From assembly GCA_028534125.1 (NCBI GenBank), contig CM052825.1, positions 26,040,001 through 26,104,000 of the forward strand: a DNA stretch of 64,000 bases, read 5' to 3'. Positions 13,401 through 34,128 of the stretch are shown piece after piece (the stretch's first letter is position 1; the number at the start of each line of letters is the position of its first letter). This stretch comes from Lama glama. Lineage: Eukaryota. The notes under the pieces were generated by a model. It did not search any database, was not told the DNA's origin, and worked only from the letters and a program-made list of their open reading frames with translations. The position numbers and the translations under genes were made by a program.

Positions 13401-16400
13401 CTCCAGGCCCCACACCACCTCGTGAGAGGCATGTCCCCATGCCAGGTGCTGCTCACTTCCAGGCCTGGCTACAACTCTGTCCCCTCCTCCTCCCCCCTCC
13501 CCAAGGCCCAAAACAGGTAAGCAACCAGCTCTTCAGAGACCAGCCACTGTACACCCTGCAATTCCAACTCAAATAGAACAGAGGTGGAAGTACCCCATAA
13601 CCCTTCCTGTCTACTTCCCCGTCCCGTTTCCTTCCTGGTTCATCATCTAAGACACAAATACTCCTGCTGATAGAAACAATGACATGACACATGCATGATG
13701 ACATAGCAGTGCTGCTGCAACCACACAACCCTGGGAGGGAGGCCAGCTCTGCGTTGCCTGTTCCCGTGCCTAGCTTGAGCTTACAACAAGTGCTGAAAAT
13801 TGGGGAGAAAACCTTAAGTTGAAAATACTCTACCTATACATTAGTTTCCTGAAAATTTAGGAAAAACCACACCAGTCCAAATTACAAATCAATGTAATTA
13901 GCATAATCTGAAGTAGGTACCAAAATCTGTCCCTCCCAGCCAGTCACCCTCTCAGGTAGGGTAGGTTGGTCTTCACACCATACATAGCAGATGAGTGCCT
14001 CCTACAAAGGGGTGGACTGGAGGAATCCCGTCACACTTGCAGATGGGTCTACCCATGGCCCTTTCTGGACCTCTAGAAACTCCTCTGGAAACTAACAGGT
14101 TGCTGTCCTGGTCAGTGGGTGACCCTGGGCACTACTGGGTCTCTGCTCTGGTGGCACAGCCAGGAGGCAGGCAGGGCAGGACCAGCGTGGTGAAGGGAGA
14201 ACAAATGGGCCTCAGTGACTGGTCCCAGGCCCCAGAGCAGACAGAGGGGTCCCAGGATCTGAAAAAGAGATGCTGGGAGGAAGAGAAAGTACAAGAAGGA
14301 AGGAAAAAGCTTCATTTGCGATGCACTGAGGAGAGGAAGAGCTGGAGGGGAGGGCTGTGGCCATCAGAGAGGAGCCAGGCCCAAGCCCAGGGTGGAGGTA
14401 AGGGTGAAGGTATAAGAAGTGGTGAGAATGGGGTCACCCCCACAACCACAGTGCCAGGCTGGGGGAGCTAAGTGCCCAGCTGCCCAACCCCTAGGAGATG
14501 GTGGGCACCTGGCCCCACTTTGCTACGGCAGCTGCAGACTCTCAGCCTGTCTCAGCCTTGGTTTGTCATCTGTAAAATGGGAGAATGCTGGTGTCTCATC
14601 CAGGGTGGCAGGAGGACAGGATGAGAGGCACTGGGGACACATCACACCCAGAGCCACACCTCACTTCAGAATCTGTCACCTGACAGAAGAACAGCAAACC
14701 TGGTAACTCAGCCAGAAAAGAGTGAGATCCAAACAGCAGGCCCAGGCAAGCGCAAAGGTGACTGTCAGAACAAGGAACAGGCTATCAGGCTGCTCTTCAT
14801 CTAACACACACACTTAGTTTGTGCCTCCTGTGTGCAGGTCTCATGCTAGCACTGGGGACAAAGCAGCAAAGATAGTAGGGGCATACAGTCCAGAGACACG
14901 TCCTGACTTGGGAAAAAGCACAGAAACGCCTGAAGATGTGGTTTCCCCTTGGGTTCGCACTGAGAACAAAACCAACTTCCAGCGAGAGAAACACCTGGAA
15001 CTGCCCAGGGACACTGTGATGCTCTGGCACACTGGGTCCCAGAAACAGAAACAACCAGCAGACCCCACATGTTCATGGCAGGCCCCCACACCTGCCCTGC
15101 TTTGTGCACACCCGTCACCATGCCCCTGCTTCTCCTGCCCATCAGATCTCCTTCCTTCCCTCCCCAATGCCCTGGACTCAAAAAAGGTGAGCTTCTGTAT
15201 GCTGCATAGCTCCACCAACACTGACCCCGAGGAGATGGGGTGTGCCCACCCTCTAGTCTTCTAGGATGTGGGCTGATCAATCACAATCCTCCACTTAAAG
15301 ACTCATGGGAGCCAAGATGCAGAGGATACAACTGCCTTAATGGACGATGCTCACCACCCTCAGTAAAGGGGGAACAGCCCAAGACCCACAGTAATGATTC
15401 CTGGGCTCCGCAGAGCAGGGGCAGGTCTGGTGGTGACTGGGGAGAAAGTGCTCACAAAGCTCTGGAACCTCCCTCCCGCCAGCTTCCATAGCATACTTCT
15501 TGCTGCCTATGCTCTGGAATGAAAGTTCCCACTGGACGCACAGCCCAGGAGGAACCTCTGTGCAAAGTCCTGAAGAGAGAACAGACCCCTCCCCTAAAAC
15601 CACTGCCGTGGGTTACAAAGAAAGGGAAACCAAACCTCCTGAGGGGAGACTTCCAGACCTATGAGACCCCCAAATATGGAGTGTGTTAGCATGACCAGAT
15701 GCCAGAGCCCACGTAGGCTCCCAGGGCACTGGCAAGTTGTCACACATGGTTCTGCTGCTTCAGGTGCCAGTGCTAGAAAAGACCATCTGACGACTCACAT
15801 GTTGGTGAAGCTGGCGAGAGTGACGTGCCCTTAGGAATCTGCTGAGGAACAACCAAGGCAAGACTTTGATGTAGGGAAGTAATCTGGTGGGCCCAAAGAA
15901 AGGGGGTTTGGTTACACGCCCTTCAATAGGTGGAGACTTCCCTGCCATGGTCACCTGCTCCCACTCAGAGCGACTGTGCAAGTCTGGGGCAAACACAAAA
16001 AGCTTGAGACGTGGTGAGGGGCTCTTAACAGGAAAGAGGAAAGAAATACACGTGTACCCACCATAAGAGGACTAGAGAGCAAAAGCTCCTGAACAGTACA
16101 ACTCTTTCAAAGCACTAATTCACATGATGCCAAATCCTGAAAACCAGCAAGACGCCTTCAGCGGGGAAGGTAGTTCTCTGACTCACCCACCTCACACTGA
16201 TACAGAGCACTGGCCTGCCCAATGAGCTGATGCCTGGACCATGAGGACCCACTCCCCGCATGCGTGGCACAGGTCTTGACCTCAAGGACCCTAGACATGG
16301 GGCCCAGGCATCCTGCCTTCTCTACTGGGTGCCACGCAGACTTGCAAGGATCATCTGGGCATGTCCAGGCCCTACCAGCATACGGGACTTTCTAAGAGTG

Positions 16401-17796
16401 GGTTTTCCTCACCATTACTGGCAGAGAACCCTCCCGCTGGACCAGTATGCCATGAGTCTCTGACATCCCTGCCATCTCAGGCTGGCCTATGCCCTGCTTC
16501 ACCACTCACCATCTCCTAAGAAGTGTGGCAGCACACCGCACCCTGACAGCAGGGACAGGAGGCAGCTCCCCCGTCTCCACCTGTGGCTCAGTGTTACCTG
16601 AATGCTCCCTGCACCGAGCTGGAAGACCCTCAAAAGTGGAAATCAACGTCCTGGGAAGGCGCTGACAGAGCCCAACCCCTCAAGCTCTGCCAAACACCCC
16701 CCACCAGCCTCCTAAGAGCAGGGCTCCAGGAAGCAACACCACCTCTGGGAAAGCAACTTGGATGCCCAGTGTCTAATCCTCAACGGATACCAGTGAAGGG
16801 GCCAGCTAAGCCCCCTGGAGGCATCACTCTTACACCCCTTGGGGCCTCGCACTTTCTCTCCTTCCCCTAAAATGAATCCAGGGCTCCCATTCTCTCACCC
16901 TTAGGGATGTCTCCAAGCTGGGGCTGGGAACATGTGCTTGGGGAGGTGGCACAACTTCCAGCAGGAAGAGTGCTCAGCCAGCCCAGGTAACCCAACAACC
17001 CCAACGAGTCCTAAAACGAAAGGGTCAGAAAGAAGCTTCCACACTCAGCTGCCAGAGGCCAGCAATTTAGCAAACAGCAAAGGCTCACAGTGGTCAGGCA
17101 GGACTGACAAGAGCCCAGGAAACAAAGCCACAAAGGGTGTGGAGAACAAAAGCTCCACGAAGTAAATTTCGTCAGGTAGGACAGCCCTTCCAGAAGCACA
17201 AAGGTCCTCGGGAGGAGCCAACCCAGCGGCCTGAGATGGGCCGGAGGGCAGGGGGTACCGGCCACACCGCTTCACTGGTCACCTCAACTATGGAGGCGGA
17301 GGGGAGCTCAGGCAGGTACTATTGATGTGTATTTTCGCCACACATCCAGAGACGGGAAAAGAACGTTTAATCCCATCAGGAAGGGGTGTTTTCTTCCAAC
17401 ACAAGGTGTTGATGCCCTACGCAGTGAGCCAACGGCCTGCCTTTAAAGACGCCCAGGTGGATACACCTGGTGCGGGCCCGAGACAAGACCTTTCTAGGAG
17501 GTCCATGGTAAAATCTCCGCCCCCACGACGCCGTGGGCCCCAGAAGGGTCTCCGCGAGCTCGGGCCGCTGCTTCCCCCCACGACCCCGGCCCGAGATGCG
17601 AGTCGGACCGCAGGACGCCCGGCTGCGCCAGGTGCGCGCAGCGGCCGGCCTTNNNNNNNNNNNNNNNNNNNNNNNNNNNNNNNNNNNNNNNNNNNNNNNN
17701 NNNNNNNNNNNNNNNNNNNNNNNNNNNNNNNNNNNNNNNNNNNNNNNNNNNNNNNNNNNNNNNNNNNNNNNNNNNNNNNNNNCCCTGAGTCCCCAT
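1363..17796 (-). CDS. RAB40C: Ras-related protein Rab-40C, 5' part (coding exons 1-3; remaining exons lie beyond position 1)
   Basis: Exons 17655-17796 (mostly N-masked, starts MGTQG), 1920-1980 ([21 protein letters not shown]) and 1363-1423 ([20 protein letters not shown]). GT-AG sites and phases agree. Position downstream of PIGQ identifies the RAB40C paralog. Confidence 0.95.
1920..1980 (-). CDS. RAB40C: RAB40C coding exon 2 (61 nt)
   Basis: ttgcag|GGATCGAC...CTCTG|gtgag. Confidence 0.96.
2680..3765 (+). mobile_element. Old LINE-1 (L1M) 3' fragment: end of ORF2 plus 3'UTR; contains an N-run and an 87-bp foreign insert
   Basis: L1 hallmarks aaatgggagacagtatttgca...tctgataaggg, gatgtggagaaatcagaacc, caacccaagtgtctatcaatg, gccactgaactatacac. 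Confidence 0.9.
2776..2992. other. N-run (217 nt)
   Basis: Seen directly; other N-runs at 17653-17782 (130 nt) and 20016-20240 (225 nt). Confidence 0.99.
3580..4463 (+). repeat. 87-bp direct repeat pair (3580-3666 and 4377-4463), 81/87 identical
   Basis: aactcattactcatgacttcaacttcag...gctcaacgctccaccaaatgcccaa, aligned by eye. Confidence 0.95.
7343..7486 (-). mobile_element. Camelid-type (vic) tRNA-derived SINE with 19-bp imperfect TSD
   Basis: Reverse of ...taactcactgatagagcacatgcttagcatgcacgaggtcatgagttcgaaccccagtacctcc plus AT tail; TSD 7324-7342 / 7487-7505 (16/19 identical). Confidence 0.88.
7567..7671 (+). mobile_element. Heavily 5'-truncated young L1 3' tail with poly(A) and perfect 11-bp TSD
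   Basis: gaaattgacataacattgtaaactgactatacttcaataaaa; TSD aatgaaaaaga at 7556-7566 and 7672-7682; TT|AAAA nick site. Confidence 0.85.
8590..8925. mobile_element. MaLR LTR (MLT1/MST-like)
   Basis: aacagcagatgtttatttc...ctggaggttggaagtccaagacca...atcaccttctgaagaccccacctccaaacacca...gaatttggggggacaca. Confidence 0.8.
9030..9430 (+). mobile_element. MaLR LTR (MLT1-like)
   Basis: tgtggtgggc...ggcccccaaagatgtcc...tccctggaacctgtga...acagccagcaaggaaacaggg...acagcagcaacagaga. Confidence 0.8.
9590..10700 (+). mobile_element. Fragmented old L1M 3' sequences
   Basis: ggaactctcacactc...ctctggaaaactggcag...cccagcaatcccac; aagaatgttcatgacagcattattcacagcagccaaaatctggaa. Confidence 0.7.
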
Positions 17797-19300
17797 CGTC
17801 GCTCACGCGCGCGCAGGCCGCGCCCGCATGCCCACGGCGCCGCGGAGCCCGGCGGCGGAGGCCTCCAGCCCACCTGTGGGCGCGGGCGCGGGTGAGCAGG
17901 GCCGGCGGACGGCGAGGCCGCCCAGCCTGCACCTGCTCCGCCGCCCCCGCTTCGTTTCTCTTCGCTTTGCCTCGCCTCAGCGCCGCCGCCCCGCCGCTTC
18001 CCTCACGGCGCCGCGCAGCCCCGCCGCCCCGCCCCGCCCAGCGCGCCGCCATTGGGCTCCCGCCGCCCCACTTCCTGCGGCCATTGGCCTGCCCGCACGT
18101 CCGTCAGCACCACAAGCGCCCCTGCCCACCCCGCTCCCCAGACAGCGCCGCGAGACCTCCGGTCGCCCCGCCCCACGCTGTCGCCATTGGTCACCACCAC
18201 CCCTTCCAGCGTCCATTGGCCTGTGGGAACGTCCATCACAAATGCCCCGCCCCCACCAATTCCCACACAGCCTCCAGTCTCCCCGCCCCGTCTTCACGCT
18301 GTCGCCATTGGCCCCTCGACTCCCACTTTCCTGTAGAAAGCCACTGGTCCACAGGCACGTCCATCCGCACTACTACCGCCCCTGCCGTTTCCCGTAGAGC
18401 ATCCCAAAGTCACCGGCAACCCTACTCACTGACCCCGCAACTCTTCAGCCCTCGCCTGCCCCCTCCCCTTCTCCATTGGCCACTGCTGGCCAATCTCCCA
18501 GAGCCACTGGACTGCCTACACGTCGATCACAGCCCTCTAAGCCCGCCCCGCTCGCCCAGAGCTTCCCGCCCCCTTCCTTATACGCTCACCAATCAGGAGC
18601 TTAGAACTCCAAGTTGTTTGCATACGCCCCCTTCCTTCCCGCGGACGGAGCAGGATGGTGGCTGTCCCCGAGGTGAGGTGACGCGGCTAGACCTGGGAGG
18701 ACTAAACCCTCTAGCAAGCTGCAGCCGCAGAGACCCCGGAGAGAACGCGCGGCCCCACCGAACTGCGCCCTCGGAAACAGCCCTCTCCACAGCGGGGGCG
18801 TGGTGGAAGGACGACGGCCAATCGGCCCTCGGGGCTGCCGGGGAGGCGGAACTTCCGGCCTCGGTCTTGCGGGCGGGGCCGAGGTGGGTGCAGGGGTCTG
18901 TGAGGTGAGGCAGGGACCTGCGAGGGGGAACTGAGTGGGTTAGGGCGTAGGGAGCAGGGATTCAAGGCGGGGGGTGGGGGGAAGTCAAGTGAGTCAGGGT
19001 TACGGTGAGGGGCGCAGGGGGCGGCAAGGTGAGGCGCAGGTACTGGCGGGGGCGCGGAGTCCTCGGCGGGGCGGCTCTGCCAGGGCCCGTCGCGTCTGCC
19101 CCTTGCCCTGGGCAAGGCCCACAGGTGACAGCGCGGCTCCAAAGGCCCGACGCTGCAGAACGTTGGGGTCAGCGGACTGGTTGCCCTCCATCCCCAGAGA
19201 CGACGGCAGCACCGGCTCTGAACCGCCTATCGGGGAAGAGTCGGGGTCAGGCCAGGTGGGGAACCTAGGATGGGCCGGGAAGAGGGGCAGGGCGTGGGGC
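17480..19300. promoter_or_regulatory. CpG island / RAB40C promoter with GC boxes, 10 CCAAT boxes and ETS sites
   Basis: Dense CpG. CCAAT/ATTGG at 18051, 18083, 18186, 18215, 18256, 18307, 18475, 18490, 18589, 18818. CGGAACTTCCGG near 18848. Confidence 0.88.
17655..17796 (-). CDS. RAB40C: RAB40C coding exon 1 (ATG at 17796; 128 of 142 nt hidden in N-run)
   Basis: ATGGGGACTCAGGG (MGTQG) is visible inside the CpG island. A 142-nt exon plus GT fills the 130-N gap exactly and is followed by AAGG (GTAAGG donor). Exon end is inferred. Confidence 0.85.
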
Positions 19301-20240
19301 TCTGAGGCTTGACCAGGGGGGCCAACAGCAGGAAGTGACTTTGGGGTTGTTTACCGAATGGATGGGTTACGAAAAGCGTGTGAACACGTGTAAAAATACA
19401 GTTTTACTATGCAAAATGGAAAGTGAAGCAAAATAATACTCTTCACTTATTGGCAACATCGCTTGGGGGCCAAGATGTGGGGAATAGCCCACTGGGAGGG
19501 AGGTTGGACAGCCTAATTATTCCATATATCATTTAGCCTAAAGAAGTTCTCAGAAATTAGCTCAGAGAATGTCACTATTGCGTTATAGTTAGGGTGAAAC
19601 TAGTGAAACCACCTAGAGCCCCCATAGGGTCCCATTAAATCAACCAGGCTCATGCAGCCCCTACAGTGAACAAGGTAAGGTGCAGACAACACTGACCTGG
19701 GAAGACAAAAGTGCAAATTACCATACAGTATATCCAGTGTAATTTTAACGATTATGCTTTTGAAAACCTAATAAATCAATTCATTCGAGATTTATGTATA
19801 AAGAACATAATGTGTGCATAGGATAAAATCTGGAAGGATGCTCACCAAAATAGACAGCATCGTTTCCTTTGGGGTTGGAGATGGAGGGTGACTTTCTCCT
19901 CACTGATAAAATTTTTCAGGAGAATATAGTCACATATGACATGTAGCTAACAATTGGTAACTCAAAAAGTTCAGCATAAAAGTACCAAAGAACACAGCAA
20001 TGCTCCTTGAGAAATNNNNNNNNNNNNNNNNNNNNNNNNNNNNNNNNNNNNNNNNNNNNNNNNNNNNNNNNNNNNNNNNNNNNNNNNNNNNNNNNNNNNN
20101 NNNNNNNNNNNNNNNNNNNNNNNNNNNNNNNNNNNNNNNNNNNNNNNNNNNNNNNNNNNNNNNNNNNNNNNNNNNNNNNNNNNNNNNNNNNNNNNNNNNN
20201 NNNNNNNNNNNNNNNNNNNNNNNNNNNNNNNNNNNNNNNN

Positions 20241-20560
20241 AGACTAGTGGTTGCCAGGGTATGGGGGTTGGGGGAAATGGTGAGTGACTGCTTAATGGAT
20301 ATGGTGTTTCTTTTTGGGATGATGAAATGTTCTAAAACGTGATGGTCATACTACCTGGTGAAGGTATTGAAAATCACTGAATTTGGGGAGGGGTGCATAG
20401 CTCAGTGGTAGAGTGCATGCTTAGCATGCACGAGGTCCTGGGTTCAATTGCCAGTACTTCTATTTAAATAAATAAATGTCATTGAATTGTATGCTTGAAA
20501 TGGGTAAGCTTTATAATACATAAAATACACCTGTAAAATAATGAAGCTGTTAGAAATAAA
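20241..20560 (+). mobile_element. L1M 3'UTR fragment interrupted by a SINE
   Basis: agactagtggttgccaggg...gagtgactgcttaatgg...gatgaaatgttctaaaa...attgtatgcttgaaatgggt. Confidence 0.8.
20385..20476 (+). mobile_element. Camelid-type (vic) tRNA-derived SINE
   Basis: ggggaggggtgcatagctcagtggtagagtgcatgcttagcatgcacgaggtcctgggttcaattgccagtac (Pol III A/B boxes), AATA tail, TSD-like tcactgaatt/tcattgaatt. Confidence 0.9.
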
Positions 20561-22509
20561 CAATCAAAGGAGTGAGTTGTCAAAGCTGAGCCAAGCCTAG
20601 CTCTTACCAGACAAGGCGCTGAGGGTGCCTGCTAGGGACAGGCCACATGTGATTTGGGGCTCCCTAAGAAGCAGATCTGTGCAAAGGGAACCAGCATGTC
20701 ATCACAGCGGCTAGACTCTGGGCTGCACTGAGGACAGCCTGACTAGCACATTGTCAGTCAAGCAGGCAAGGAACAGGCAGCAGGGACTCTCTCCCAAGGG
20801 GTCACTGAGCCCGGGTGGTGTCTCCAGCAGTAGGTGACCTTCAAAGAGAGCAGACCTCTGTATGGGGGCCGTAACACCAAGTGACCACCCCCCACAAGCT
20901 GCCGCCAACCCCTTCTGGGGAGGCTTCCTAAGGAGCTGGTCCTTCTTTTGGGTGGGCAGCACCTGGTGAGCAAGCACCTGGGCTTTTCTCATGTGCCTTT
21001 ACAAAGAAACTCTCCTGGTGGCCTCCTGGCCCTCTGGGACACTCAAGGGCAGAGGCTGGCTAGGGATGGGCAGGGCCACTTGGCTCACTCGTAATCCCAG
21101 TACTCGTAATACCCTGAGTACTGGGTTATAGCAGACGCAGCTCCCAACATTTACAAAAAGGGCACAGCCACCCGCATCACACAGCGTTTACACAAACAAC
21201 AGCCAGTGAGCAGTCTTGTGAGCCCTCAGCCCGTGGAAGCAGGGAGTCGAGCCCCCACAGGGGCCAGAACTGAGCACCCATCACCTGCCACCCCCAAACC
21301 TGGCTTCACCTAACTCCCTGCTCTGAAGTCACTGAGGGACAGGACAGGAAGCACTGTGGGGCTGATGTTTCCTTCTTGGTTTCTGAGTCTGCCCAGAAAG
21401 AAGGGTAGGTGAGAAGCTGTCATCATTCTACTTTGCAGAGAACTTGGTCAAAAGTACCCTTTGTGCCTCAGGACTTCCCCTAGAAGGGGCTCTAGCAGCT
21501 GTAGGCTCTGCTGTCTGGTTCTCCATCACCCAGGACAGAGTGAGGCCAGCTGGGTCCTTCCCAGCACAACCTGTGCAGCAGGCAAGACCATCCCTGGTTT
21601 GTAGGCTGGGGACCTATATGTCCATGGGGGAACCTCAGGCCAAGGACAGAGCAGTCCAGGACAGCCCTCTGCTCACAAGTCCTGGGTCAGCCTTGCGAGG
21701 CGCCCAGGTGTTGGGTGGTCATGGGTAACCTTGGGCCCTCTAGAGGCCTGGGAAATGTCTGGTGAAGAGCCCCCTATGACGATCCCCCCTGCAGCTTCCT
21801 CACCCACTGGCTTTAGACAAGGATGGGGGCCAGGCCTCCAGACCCAGCGTCTGTCCAGGAAGGAACGAAGGAGTGGTCTGGGGTGTCTTTGCCCCTCCCC
21901 TCCAGGATACCCACTGCCCTCTGTGCTGTACCTCAAGCCCTCCTCTCTGAGAAGGTTCTGGTGATCACCCACTGGGGCAAACAGACCTTGGCCCTGGTGC
22001 TCTGGCAGCCCTCACACAAGTTTCAGCTTCTCGGCCCCCCAGCCCAGGCCTGCTGCCAAGGAGAGGCCCCACTGAAGTCCCACAGGTGGAGCAAGCCTGA
22101 AACCTGTGTGCACCGGCAAGAACCCATGGTGGATACGCAACCAGCGGGCCAAAGGGGGAAAGGGGACAAGATGGTCACATGGTCACAAATCACTTGTTAA
22201 TTAAAAGGGAAAGTAGCTTTACAGAGAAACTGATGGATCAGGCTGATGTCACTGGGATGGACAGACATGGTGTTCCTCCCAGGGCAATGCCTTAGAAGGA
22301 CACAGCGACATTTACCTGCTGTTCCGAAGAGCACAGGAGCTGAATCTCAAGAATCGTCAAAACGAACCCCATATAGGGACATGCTACCAAGTGACTGGCT
22401 GGACCTTCTAAGACCACAGGGGAGGCAGACGTGGGCACACTTGGGGTCAAAGGATCCTCCAGACTGGTGCCCAGGAGCACAGGAAGGTGCTGGGAACATT
22501 CAAGTGAGG

Positions 22510-22765
22510 TGGCCCCATCCATGTTATGTCCCTGGTTTTCCTCACTATGCTCTGGTTACATAGGTCAGTCCTTGGCCTTACAAGAGATACACTGGACATT
22601 TTAAGGGCACAATTAGGGGCAACTGATGATCAAATGGTTCAGAAATGTTAGACTGTGAGCATGAAAAAACAGCTGTGTCAAAATGTTAGCAACAGGGAAT
22701 CTGGTGAAGGGTGTGAAGTACTATGTTAGCTGACTCTCTGAAATTACATCAAAGTAAATTTTCAA
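22510..22765 (+). mobile_element. Old L1 (L1MC/ME-like) 3'UTR fragment
   Basis: caaatggttcagaaa...aaaatgttagcaacagggaatctggtgaaggg...ctctgaaattacatcaaagtaaa. Confidence 0.6.
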
Positions 22766-23968
22766 GCACAGGAGGGAGCTGGCAAGAATGGACTTCAACA
22801 GATCACCGTCCCTCTCTGAGGCCCTTCCCAGTGGGTGGCTGTGGGGGGAAACGTCCACTTCTCAGGGCAGCCTGAGGGTCAGCCTAGGAGAGGCTGCAGC
22901 TTGAGGTTCTGCCAAGTCAGTGAGGCAGGTGTGCTCAAGAGTCCTGGGTTGGGGATGAGAGCACAGATGAAGGCCATCCCTCAGCAGGGGCTGTATGGGT
23001 CCAGGGACGACAGACAGGACAGGAGCAGCCTGGGATGTGCAAGTGGCATCTCTTCGTGGCTGCCAGTGGCTAGAGTGACCAGTATTCCCTTGGCCAGCTC
23101 TGGTAGCAGGCTGGGGCTGGCCTTTGGGAGATGGGCAGGGAGCCCCACACCCGGCACAGATTGACAGCTGCCAGGCAAGGCCTGGGACATGGCCACCACT
23201 GCCTGGTGGGCTGGGCAGATCAGGGGAGAAAATTCAGTGGGAGGGGTGGCAGACCCCGTGTGCCATCTCCGAGTCTTGGCATTTGGTGACCGGGAAGGCG
23301 GCCCCAGAAATACAGGTGACAGAGGCTATTCTCAGCAGGTCTGGGTGTTAGTCTTGCCCTCCATGACTCGTGTGGGGCCCTCTGCTGACCCTTGGTGGAG
23401 ATGCAGGCCTGGGAGTTGCTGAGTGACCTCTTTGGGCTCCAACCCCTCCCCTCCACAGCCTGGACAACAGGCAGAGGAAGCTACCTGAGGGTCCCTGGAG
23501 GCTGCAGGACAGGTAGAGTCCATCAGGTAGTGCCCCTACCCTGCAGGGAGTCCTTAGGGTTCAGGCAATGACATATTCATCAGAGACAGGAGTGGCTCAC
23601 CACCACCACCACCCTGCTCCCAGACAGGCCTGCATCCCTGCCCTCGGCCCGGTCCTGGGAGCTCCCCGACACCAGGGCAAGGCCAAAAATGGAAAGGAAG
23701 TGGCCCTGGGTCCATCCACCCATGCCAGGACATCTTCAAGGGACCAGAGCCTACACATTCACCCACCTGACCTGCAAAGAGGCCTGCTTCAGGGGACAAG
23801 GTTCCCAGTGTCCCCCAGCTTAGCATCAAACAGGAAATGGGCATAGTAGTCAGCTCAGGACAAACAGTGGAAGCCAGCTGTCCCACTGCCCCAAGAGAAG
23901 GGGTGCCTCCCTAGACCCACTGCCCACATGGTGATGGGAGGCAGAGGTGTACTCCAAACACGAGAGGC

Positions 23969-23974
23969 TTTATT
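23969..23974 (-). terminator. Probable PIGQ polyadenylation signal AATAAA
   Basis: First minus-strand AATAAA noticed, ~1.2 kb after the stop. Confidence 0.7.
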
Positions 23975-25199
23975 GTCTCAGCAGAAAAAGGCAGAGCCAG
24001 GACCCCTCCCACCCAACACTGGGCTGGTGGGGACTCCCCCAGAAGCCCCCCCACTGTGGCCCATAGCCAAGGAGTGTGGGTGGCAGAAGTGGACAGCTCA
24101 GGCTGCCTGGGATGGACAGGGAGCACTGCCCTCCCCCACCCCACGTCCAACCCCAAGATGACACACTGAACGTGAAGCCATTCGCATCTCCATGCTTCCT
24201 CCCCCCGGGATTCTGGGCTTCAAAATCACACTTGATTCTGCCTGCAGTCAGCAAGCAGATGCAGCTTGAGTGCTAGGACCCCTCCCTGGGGGCTACAGAA
24301 GCATCTGCCCAGGAGCTGCCTGCTTCTGCGAGAAGTCAGTGAATGAAATGGAAGATTTGGCTCCGGTTCAGGGCAGGAACGGGGCAGCTGGGTGAGTAGT
24401 GCTCTGCTGCCAGCTCTGGGCACCCCATGTGGCCTGGTTTTACACACCCAAAGGCCTGTGGGCAGCTCCTCCTACAGAGTATCCTCTCCAGGAGCATCAA
24501 GTAAAGCCTGTGCAATTCAGGGCATGAGGGGCGCTGCCACTCAGCTTCCTGGAGGGCCCCTCCTGGCTCTCAGAGGCTGCTGGTTTCGGCTGGGGGTCAG
24601 CAGTGGTTTGGACCCCCTAGACTGGCTGGCTGTTGCTCCACTGAGACAGCTGGAAGGAACTGAGGATGCAGAAGGGTATCCTGCAGAAAACCGCTCAGGG
24701 AAGGAGATGCTTGGGGGCCAGAGTCTCAAGGACTGTTGAATGCACCCTAGGAAGGGTCCTTCTAACCCGTGACAGGGTCGGGCACCTGGGAGCAGCCGGA
24801 GAGGTCTGCCAGCTCACCCCACTGGGAACTGACCCAGTGGGTAGAGGCGGGGCTCAGTAAACCTCTGCTAGGGTCTGGTGTAGGGGTGGGGGCAGTCCTG
24901 GGAGGCTAGTGGGCATGGGCTAACAGTGCATCATAGCAGATCAGAAGGTGGGTCCCAAGGCAAACAAGCCAGTGCCAGAGTGGAGGCCAGCTGGCCTGGC
25001 TGGCCACTCCTGCATCCTCCAGTTCACCACTCCCACGACCTCAGAGTCAGGAGATGCGACAGGCAGGGCCCCAGCAGGGCCTGCAGAGGTCCCAGACAAC
25101 TGGGGGCAGGGAAGGCAAAGAGCAGGGACGTGTGCTGCCCTGACAGTCAAAGCCACCCTGGCAGCTGGTAGTGCTGGGGTTTCTGGTGGCCTGGTTCCC

Positions 25200-34128
<8,929 letters not shown>

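Noticed and set aside
17322-18908. 528-aa plus-strand ORF
   Set aside because: Runs through an N-gap and a CpG island, is low-complexity P/R/A, and is antisense to RAB40C exon 1; stop-codon depletion artefact.
20385-20460. tRNA-Ala-like gene (also 7410-7486)
   Set aside because: Degenerate acceptor stem, AT-rich tail and TSDs; it is a SINE, not a tRNA gene.
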